This document shows, piece after piece, positions 11,525-20,100 of a stretch of 21,926 bases of DNA. The notes beneath the pieces were generated by a model that saw nothing but the letters and a program-made list of their open reading frames with translations, was not told where the DNA came from and searched no databases. Where the stretch lies: contig JANKJI020000001.1 in the NCBI GenBank assembly GCA_024626585.2, forward strand, positions 17,784,651-17,806,576. The letters run 5' to 3'. This stretch comes from Ginkgo biloba (lineage: Eukaryota > Plantae > Ginkgophyta). The position numbers were made by a program, and so were the translations under genes. Numbering within the stretch: the first letter of the stretch is position 1; every line of letters starts with the position of its first letter.

Positions 11525-12719
11525 TATGATGGGGTTAAACAGATTTGCATTTAACAACCTTATCGCCTCCATAGTGAACCACGACAAAAATGGTCTATTT
11601 GCCATAGGACTGGCAGATAAATTAAGGCGTAGCAACTGAATTATCATAGCCAATGGATGCATGTTACGAGGCTAAAATATATGGATGATATATGTGCATT
11701 CTCTCTCTTTGCAAAAGAATGCTAAACCAAACATTTTAATTTCTTTGTTTTTTACCCAAAAAAATGATATTAAAATGTAAGGGTTTCTCAACACAGCCGC
11801 TGAAACTAATACACTAATGAGAGATAACAAGGAAATACTTGAATAGCTCTAGATCTGCAGAATAGAAAGCAGCATTTACACAGCTGTTATTACTAATGAA
11901 ATATAGTGTCACCCACAGGTGAAGATAAAACCAATTTTCAAGCATTTCAATTACAACACTACTGCATCCTATGTATAGCTTCAATTGAACCATCCTCCTT
12001 CCATATGTGATATTAATATAGACCAGCAAGACTTCATGTATGAAAGTCCCTGCAAATTCGAATGTACAAAAGGTGTGACCAAGTAATGTCAATGTCAGCC
12101 ATCTTAAGACTCACTCAAGCCCTCTTGCTTCTTGTGATGCATTGATTCCTCAACATCAAGAGGATTCAAACAGTGAGGCTTCAAGATTATTGCGCACTTG
12201 ATGGGAAAAAAGTTAAAAACGTTACCCAAAAAATAAAAGATAGAGTTCTTATTAATCCATTTTTATGCAGAAATCCCCTGAGAAGCTCCACAATTAATTG
12301 ACCTTTCATGCATTTAGCACCATTCTCTGATAAGCACAATGTTTAGAAATCCTATTATCTTAGCAAAAATCTGGCAAAATGAATTAATCGGTACTAGAGA
12401 CAAGATTGGTGCCTTGAACGCTTCTAGCCTGTAAGTTGTGCGCTTTGTGGTGATATGGGTGGGGGGTGTTCAATAGAGAGAATGGAGGATGCATTTGTGC
12501 CAGAAAAAAATTCTATTGATATGCACAACGAAGGGAACTAGAGTGTATCACCCCAAAGATAAAATGACATCATTTGAAGTATCTAGCATTACAAGATATT
12601 CCACTTTATTTGTCTGTTCNNNNNNNNNNNNNNNNNNNNNNNNNNNNNNNNNNNNNNNNNNNNNNNNNNNNNNNNNNNNNNNNNNNNNNNNNNNNNNNNN
12701 NNNNNNNNNNNNNNNNNNN

Positions 12720-13072
12720 CAATAGTGGAGTGGCTAGTGCCACAGAATAATACCGACATCAAAATTTTCTATGGGTTGGCTAGTTTCTATAAAAAAATTA
12801 TAAAAAATTTTAGCGTTATTACAACACCCACAACTGAGTGTATTATGTAAAAGATGCTCCAGTGGACAAATGCAATACAACATACTTTTGAGTTGCTAAA
12901 ATAAAAAATGATGGAAGCACTAATGTTATCCCTTCTAGAATTCAACAAGATTTTTGAATTCAAGTGTGATGTATCAAGCATTGGGATTGGAGCAGTGTTA
13001 AGTCAGGAGGGAATACCAATAGCATGATTAAGTGAGAAGTTGAATGAAGCTCAACAAAAATACTTAGCCTAC
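12720..13072 (+). mobile_element. Ty3/gypsy RT thumb/connection - RNase H N-terminal fragment
   Basis: IVEWLVPQNNTDIKIFYGLASFYKKIIKNFSVITTPTTEC...FELLK*KMMEALMLSLLEFNKIFEFKCDVSSIGIGAVLSQEGIPIA*LSEKLNEAQQKY matches WPxP...FxGLASFYRRFIKNFS...APVLALPDFxKxFEVECDASGxGIGAVLSQEGxPIAYFSEKL. N gaps flank it on both sides. Confidence 0.92.
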
Positions 13073-13168
13073 NNNNNNNNNNNNNNNNNNNNNNNNNNNN
13101 NNNNNNNNNNNNNNNNNNNNNNNNNNNNNNNNNNNNNCATCAACATAGATTTCTCCTTTATCCTCCAT

Positions 13169-13221
13169 GACTCTCCCCAATGTCAGATAGCCTATGTTAG
13201 AGGATGACATTGGGGAGAGTC
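13169..13221. repeat. Perfect 17-bp inverted repeat with 19-nt loop
   Basis: GACTCTCCCCAATGTCA (13169-13185) and TGACATTGGGGAGAGTC (13205-13221). Confidence 0.95.
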
Positions 13222-13244
13222 CTTAGGGACGAAAATAAAAATAA

Positions 13245-13250
13245 TTTATT
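13245..13250 (-). terminator. Candidate polyadenylation signal (AATAAA) for the DUF1191 gene
   Basis: Minus-strand AATAAA ~240 nt after the stop codon, followed by a U-rich tract. Plant signals are loose, so this is only a candidate. Confidence 0.4.
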
Positions 13251-13489
13251 TAATTAAATTCATGAACCCAAGGAAGCCAGGAAAGGTTCGCACAAACAAG
13301 AAATGACTGTCAGATAATTTTCTCCTAATGCCCAGATTAGCCCTATGCAAACTTGAAAATGACACAAAACCTGCTACAACCTCAATGTTAAGAAAACCGT
13401 CTCTGAGAAGAGTGAACACCATCAATGTTACCTTGATAACTTCTGAATTCAGATGATCACAAGATATCAGTATATTTAACTTCTCAGAT

Positions 13490-14596
13490 CTATGTGACAT
13501 ACTCATTCTCCAGCAGTGGCTGTGTGCGAGCGCCAGGTGCTGTTGGAGCCCTGCTATTGCCAATTAAGGCAGTCTGTAACGCCTCACCCTGGTCAGCTTG
13601 ATATTCCATTTTTGTGATCCTAGATTTCTGCCTATGCTTGAGCAACCAAAAACCCAACAAACCCATCAATCCCAAGACAAGCAATCCTCCAAGAAAAACC
13701 CCAAGTGCAATTTTCCACGTCTTTGATTTATGTTTCTTGGGAGNNNNNNNNNNNNNNTTTGGAACTTCCATTGATGGAGCAGGGGCAAAGCCAGAGAACT
13801 GAACTGGTTCTATAGAAGGTGCAGGTGCAGGTGCAGCAGACCGGACAACCAGAGAGAAATGCCCTTGATAATAAGTAGTACAAACATTGGTAGAAGAAAC
13901 ATTGGTGAGACTCACAGTTCCATTCAAATAGAAAAGGATGCACATGGGAGTCAAGCCTCTTGGGAAATCTACATCTGTGAACCGAATTTTCATAGGTTTC
14001 TTTCTGGCAACAATGTTGACTTCTTGTTTTCTGTCAGAGCTAAAATTTGAGGAATTATAGGCTAAAAGTCCTAACACAGGTGCCACAAGCTTAAACCCAA
14101 GACTATTGTAATACAGAGAAGACCAATTTCCAAGGTTCTGATAAACAAGCACCAGTCTCTGCACATGAGGCTGCACTGCAATGCCTGTAGGGATCTCAAA
14201 TTCATTATAGAGAATTCCTCGACTCCTTAGGCTACCACTTCTGAGCCTAACTGCATCAACTTTGATCCCAGAAACATTATTAGGCATTTGGGCATCGTAA
14301 ATAATACCTGTTTTGGGATGAATAAATGCTCTGAATGCATATCTCTGAAGAACTTTATCCAGTGAACGTTGAGACGCATTCAAAGAGCTCAAGACCTCAA
14401 GTCTTTCAGAACCATTGTCGAAATTGGCAGATCCTACCATACAGAGAGAGAAGAATACGAGGAATTTATAAAGAGTAATAAGATTGATGGCACACTGAAG
14501 AAAATTGAAGTGTTCCTGCCTGTATCTGTGCAAATGAGACTTTCCCACTACAGAAATTTCCACCAGAATTGCGGAGCCTAGATGTTCAACCGCCAT
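13490..14596 (-). CDS. DUF1191-family plant membrane protein (N-terminal hydrophobic segment, ectodomain, Ala-Pro stalk, one C-terminal TM helix, short cytosolic tail), 368 aa, single coding exon
   Basis: Translation has DUF1191 hallmarks: LDKVLQRYAFRAF..PKTG, GIKVDAVRLRSGSLRSRG, EFEIPTGIAVQPHVQRLVLVYQNLGNWSSLYY, APVLGLLAY, QGHFSLVV, TM IALGVFLGGLLVLGLMGLLGFWLL, and tail ME..A.QGEAL...SRAPTA..RTQPLLENEY. The ORF-track start at 14617 is a TTG with an in-frame TAA shortly upstream (14624-14626), so the first ATG is 14596. A 14-N gap (13744-13757) lies in the stalk, and the frame is consistent across it. Confidence 0.93.
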   Translation of the reverse strand: MAVEHLGSAILVEISVVGKSHLHRYRQEHFNFLQCAINLITLYKFLVFFSLCMVGSANFDNGSERLEVLSSLNASQRSLDKVLQRYAFRAFIHPKTGIIYDAQMPNNVSGIKVDAVRLRSGSLRSRGILYNEFEIPTGIAVQPHVQRLVLVYQNLGNWSSLYYNSLGFKLVAPVLGLLAYNSSNFSSDRKQEVNIVARKKPMKIRFTDVDFPRGLTPMCILFYLNGTVSLTNVSSTNVCTTYYQGHFSLVVRSAAPAPAPSIEPVQFSGFAPAPSMEVPXXXXXXPKKHKSKTWKIALGVFLGGLLVLGLMGLLGFWLLKHRQKSRITKMEYQADQGEALQTALIGNSRAPTAPGARTQPLLENEYVT

Positions 14597-15332
14597 GCTT
14601 ATTAGGCACAAAAGCAAACTGCATTACCCTTCAAGGAAGTCCACATGAATTTCAAAGAATGCTTGGTGGGCAGCCTGCAAATGAACAGAATAGAATGCCT
14701 CTCTTTGTATAGAACATTAGAAGAATGAAGATTGCAACAAAGGAAAGCGTGCAAGGAAGTAGCCTACAAAGGATCTCTGCAACTGTGACTGAGGTGGAGC
14801 ATCTACAGGCAGCTGAAAATGAAAATGAACAGTAAAGACTCGTGCAACCAAGCAGAGAAAAAGGAAATTTAAAAAATATGAACTAGAAAGCCCATTCAGA
14901 CATAATTATGATAGTGCATGCCAAAACGTGATTGGGAAAATGTAGTTAAAGAACAAAACATTCTATCTGAATGAAAATTGCAACACTTTATTGTGTGCGT
15001 GTGTGCATCTATAAAACAAATTTAGACTCTCAAAATGGTGCGATATTTAAGAATTCTAAAGGTCAACTTTCAGGTAAGGGGAATGGTAGCAAGGTCAAAT
15101 TGTTAGACTTAATTGTGTGTAACCACTTGAGACAGCCTTAGAGAATGCAACAAAATTATTACATCTTGAATTATATTTTTAACAATTTTTTTTTCTATTG
15201 TTTTCCACAAGAAGGGACATAGGATCCATATATGTTAAGCAAAGAATTCCAATGGCATATCATTAATCCCATGCCTAACTCTAATCTTGATGTTCAGTTT
15301 GAACTATGTTGAAAGAGAAAAGGGACTTGTCA

Positions 15333-15341
15333 CCACGTGGC
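15333..15341. promoter_or_regulatory. G-box/ABRE-like CCACGTGGC ~740 bp upstream of the DUF1191 ATG
   Basis: Exact CACGTG core with CC/GGC flanks, inside the segment missing from the decayed duplicate. Confidence 0.35.
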
Positions 15342-16499
15342 TCTTGTTTTAAAATTAATTTTTTGGATCTCAAAGGTCAAAGTTGCGATGTTGATGGCAT
15401 TAATCAAGTCAATATAACTACACATCACGGCCTTTTGTCTCATGCTAGGTGGAAAATTTTGTAGTTTAAACCGAAAGTGGTTAAAGTAATCAAAGTCGTA
15501 ATTTCTTGAACAATAGAAATGTCACAATTATATATGTGTCATTATGATCCAACTAAAGTGGTTTTGACAAGAACTTGAGGAAACTAGTAATTTTGGGTTG
15601 TGCAATGGACAATTTTGGAACAACATAAATAGTTGTAATGGCAATATCAGTTGGAGATAAAAATCTAATGCTTGAAGAATTACATGTGTTTTGTTCTTTT
15701 AATATCTTCTTTGCTCACTTTCTTCAAAACTTGTGATATGTATTTCTTATATACTAAAACAAAGCCCTAAGGGTATAGTATTCCAGTGTTTAAGGGGGAA
15801 ATATTTATTAGAAGTTATAGAAAACTCTTAGGAATCGCCTCTTCGATGCTCTTTATTACTTCTAGTTTGCTACTTGGATGACCCCTATTTCCAATTAACT
15901 AATAGATATCTTAATATTATGGCCTATTGTATGTGATATTATATTTAATAATTACTACCTCCTTTCATAGTGCATTTAAGTAAACTCAAATAATATCTAT
16001 TTAGCACACTAGTTTCTATATTCAATATCCTATGCTTGTAGTTATTGATTTGCATGTTCACAATCCCTATTAAAGCCTTAAAATTTTAAATTGTAAACTA
16101 CCCTTATTGCTATTCATAATATCTAATATACCTTGTAGATCCTTTGTCCTTTTCATGATTGTCCTTTTTACTATAGTCACATAGATGATTAATTCTCTTT
16201 AAATTTTATCCCTCTATGTTGAATAAGGTTGAATTCAATTTTATAATGTTGGAATCAAAAGCAATGTTTATGTGCTTAAGACTTGACTTTCTCTTTTACA
16301 ATTAAATTTACATTATTATATTGCAACATTTTAGTGGTTCTTTTCAACGACAATAAACATTCAACAAACATTAGCTAATATAATTTCTTTGTTTACAATA
16401 TTAGGTGATATATAGGTTGTGAAGCACTATTGTAATTTTTAAACTGTAGTAGTAAGATGTGTAAAATTTATCTCCTTTTATTATCCAATCAAAGTTGAG

Positions 16500-16712
16500 A
16501 GCCACTCGACCTCAAATCTTTTAGAACCAATGTTTAATTTAGCAAAAGCCAAACACACACAAAGAGAACAATATGAAGAAATTATAAAGAGCATCAAGAT
16601 TGAAGGTACAATGTAGAAAATGAAAGTGTTCTTGGCTATATTTGTGCATATAGGTTTTGCATACTATAGAATAACTAATTATAATTGTGAAGACTAGATC
16701 TTCAACTACCAT
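16500..16712 (-). pseudogene. Truncated, frameshifted paralogous copy of the DUF1191 5' coding region
   Basis: MVVEDLVFTIIISYSIVCKTYMHKYSQEHFHFLHCTFNLDALYNFFILFSLCVFG aligns without gaps to MAVEHLGSAILVEISVVGKSHLHRYRQEHFNFLQCAINLITLYKFLVFFSLCMVG. A +1 insertion then gives TAA (16539-16541). The shifted frame continues AKLNIGSKRFEV (gene: ANFDNGSERLEV), and homology stops at about 16500. Confidence 0.9.
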
Positions 16713-17515
16713 GCTTCTTAGGCACATAAAAAAGTTGCCTTGTCATTCAAAAAGTCCACATGAATTGCAAGCAATGCTTGGTGTGTATCATACAAACAAA
16801 TAGAATAGAATGTATGTCCCCATCTACAAGATTGGAAGAATGGAGATTACAACAAAAGAGAGTAAATTATAACATAAATTTACGATGATTACTGTTGTGG
16901 AACAACTATAGGCACTTAAAAATGATAACACACAAAATTGATAATGAATAGATAAAAGTAGGAATAAAAGATGACTTAGGAGGATTCAAAGACATAAAAA
17001 TGATACAATGACTGAAAAAATGTGAATGGAAAAATAATGTTGATAAAAAAATATTATGGCCAAAGGAAGTGTGCACAAGAAAGCTTCATATAAGTGTTTT
17101 ACAAATAAATTCTACTCTAAGTGGTGGGACATTTAAAGATCCAAAAGGTAAAATATCATCCAAGGAGAATGGTAACAAAGTCAAACTATAAGACTTTATG
17201 GTTAAATGTGGATAGCCTTAGGGAACACAATAAGTTTATTACATCTTGAATTAAGTTTAGCAATCCTTTGATGTTGATGTTTATTTATGGGTCTCATAGG
17301 CCAATGTTATGATGTTAATCAATTTAATTTAAATTGGCATAATGGCCACATCATAAGGAAATTTCAAATGTGCATCATGCCTGACACATTATTTTGGAGT
17401 TTAAATAAAAAGAAGTTAGAGCAATAAAAGCTATAGTTTATTAATTGGCATGAATTTCATAATTGTGTGAGTCATTATGGTCTTGTCAAAATGTTTTTTA
17501 CTAGATCTTTAATAA
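16500..17515 (+). repeat. Diverged direct duplicate of ~14390-15580 (DUF1191 5' end plus upstream region); offset 2116 bp at the ATG
   Basis: Collinear shared blocks include aagtccacatgaatt (14638/16752), gaatggtagcaaggtcaaa vs gaatggtaacaaagtcaaa (15081/17167), ttattacatcttgaatta (15156/17236) and gtcattatgatc vs gtcattatggtc (15538/17471). The copy lacks roughly 150 bp of 15190-15350. Similarity may extend weakly to ~15810/17630. Confidence 0.85.
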
Positions 17516-19449
17516 TGAAACAAATTATATTAGGTGGCAAAGAGGATAGTTTAGAATAAAGTTTGTATTCATTAATGGTATTATTTATCATAGTTTTTAG
17601 ATACTATTTCAATTAGGGGAAAAAAATCTAAGTAAATATGATAAATAGATTATAGCTAAGGTAGTCTTCAAGGAAAAATTGGTTTGCAAAATTGGGTGTT
17701 TTTCACTTTTTCTATGCGTTCTTATCTTTGTTTTAAATTGCTTGTGTAAGGGTTCCTAATTTTTTGAGAAATCATTTTATTGGATATTTATACCATTTAA
17801 AAGATAGGAATCCTCATTATTTTTTAGAAATGTAGTGATCCATAACATCTATGATAATCTACAACATCCTTTATCTCTCTCCAAAAATAAAGTTAAGCTT
17901 GAATTTTCTTAACACATACATCACACAAAGGCCTTTCCACACATATAACCCACTTGACCAATGGAGATCCTAAGTGTAAGCAATGAATGCTTGTTGGTCT
18001 ACCCAACTTTGAATTTAACTTAACATTAGAATATTAGAAACTTGACAACAAATTAGTTTGTTATACCTTTAATGAAACCTTCCAATCTTCAATTGCAAAT
18101 AGCCTATTTTTCTAGACCATAACTATACATTGCAATCCTCTCAAGAAACATAATGTATTAACATATACTTTCAAATTGGTAAAAAGATAAGTGGAGGTGA
18201 ACAACCAACCATAAATTTCATACAAGAGACCACACAAAAATTCTCAAACTAAGATATGAGATATCTTCACAAGTTGCTATTGTAAAATTTAGATTATTAC
18301 TATCAAATTTAGTTTACACAAATTGGCTAAAATTTCACATAGAATTCTAACATAGACAATAATAGTTTTTCTTTTGAGATAGAATTCTAAGAAATATATG
18401 CATATAAAAGAGAGTTTCAACATAAAGGATTTGGAAATTCTCATTCTAAAGACTTAGATTAATGGTGTGCTTAGTTATCATAAAATATGTGGACTTGAAA
18501 CTCATCCATTTTTATTATATAAATCCAAGATATATGATATTGAAAATAGTATAAATAAAGGATATTTTCACAAGATAAATAATATATATTTTTAACAAGT
18601 GAAAGAAGACATTAAATGCTGAGATAAACTTAAGTGTAAAATAAAAATCATTTTGGTGTNNNNNNNNNNNNNNNNNNNNNNNNNNNNNNNNNNNNNNNNN
18701 NNNNNNNNNNNNNNNNNNNNNNNNNNNNNNNNNNNNNNNNNNNNNNNNNNNNNNNNNNNNNNNNNNNNNNNNNNNNNNNNNNNNNNNNNNNNNNNNNNNN
18801 NNNNNNNNNNNNNNNNNNNNNNNNNNNNNNNNNNNNNNNNNNNNNNNNNNNNNNNNNNNNNNNNNNNNNNNNNNNNNNNNNNNNNNNNNNNNNNNNNNNN
18901 NNNNNNNNNNNNNNNNNNNNNNNNNNNNNNNNNNNNNNNNNNNNNNNNNNNNNNNNNNNNNNNNNNNNNNNNNNNNNNNNNNNNNNNNNNNNNNNNNNNN
19001 NNNNNNNNNNNNNNNNNNNNNNNNNNNNNNNNNNNNNNNNNNNNNNNNNNNNNNNNNNNNNNNNNNNNNNNNNNNNNNNNNNNNNNNNNNNNNNNNNNNN
19101 NNNNNNNNNNNNNNNNNNAGGAAGGAAGGGAAATACATATATAACCACTTCATAGCATACTAGCAAACCTAGTTGGAGGATCTATTCTAATTCTCAAGAG
19201 TTTCCTAAAGTTTTGGGTGGGATGGGGGTTGTAATTATCTCTAAGAATTTCTAAAAGAGATAGATGTCTATTTCTTCTAGAGACAAGAATTTGTCAAACA
19301 AATCATACTCCTTCATCATGGAGTGACCCCATCATCTCCATCTAGTAGGAACTACAAGATCACCCTAAGGATGTCAAACTTCTAATAATGATAAGCATTC
19401 AATGAATGTTAATTAATGTAAGTTCTTGAATTACCTTATTAATCATATT

Positions 19450-20100
19450 TATAATGTAAAGCATGTTATAACTCTTAATTTGGATAGAGTTGCTCAATAT
19501 AGGTTGTAAACCACTAAGCTATGTATTAGATTATAAATCAGCATGCAATGTTTTAGTTTTCTCTACTCCATTATACTTAACCCATTAACTAACCATCTAG
19601 CTATTAATTGACTTTACTTGAATTTCAAGCTAGTAATGTAATAGTTAATACATAACCCAATAGACTAATTTCTTAGTTTGCACCCATCCATTATATTTTA
19701 CATGCAAGCCATTAATTTGATAGTGCTTGAACTAGCATGCCATAAGTAACCTATATATTAGTAATCAAATACTTATGTTGTAAATCATTAATATTATTCC
19801 TTTACTTGCACCAAACAATTATATTCATGGTGTAAACACCGAATCTTACTTTACAAACCTATGCTCTAATGTTTAGTTTACATGAATACACTTAAAATAA
19901 GGATGCAAACCTCTGATATAAATCGCACTTGTAAATCAAAAATCAATTTGTTAGTTTATACCAATGCATTGTTAATCAAGTTGCAAACCACTAACTTAAC
20001 TCCTTATCTACATGTTATTCATTTACAATATGTGAATTATTGATCCAATGCATTAATAATGTAAATCGATAATTTAGCAATCACATTGGCATATACCAAT
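19450..20100. repeat. Degenerate AT-rich tandem array with ~25-26 bp (and ~50 bp) periodicity
   Basis: TGYAAAYC-like cores occur at 19779, 19831, 19852, 19904, 19930, 19982 and 20060 (spacings mostly 26/52/78). A recurring TTAGTTT...CATT block occurs at 19553, 19673, 19873 and 19951. Confidence 0.45.

Noticed and set aside
13246-14581. Alternative-frame and antisense ORFs overlapping the DUF1191 CDS
   Set aside because: Short shadow ORFs of a real coding region with no independent motifs.
14597-14617. ORF-track start at 14617
   Set aside because: It is a TTG codon; the first ATG is at 14596 and is preserved in the duplicate.
18515-19166. Long ORFs in the track here (also 3427-3675, 4030-4323, 7167-7361, 9693-9990, 12489-12725)
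   Set aside because: Their length comes from N runs; the real residues show no recognisable protein.
15820-19205. Weak inverted similarity between ~15822-15875 and ~19155-19204 (aaaactctt...gtttgcta) as possible TIRs around the duplicate
   Set aside because: Only two short words match in very AT-rich DNA, the spacing differs and no target-site duplication is seen. It is insufficient without an alignment.
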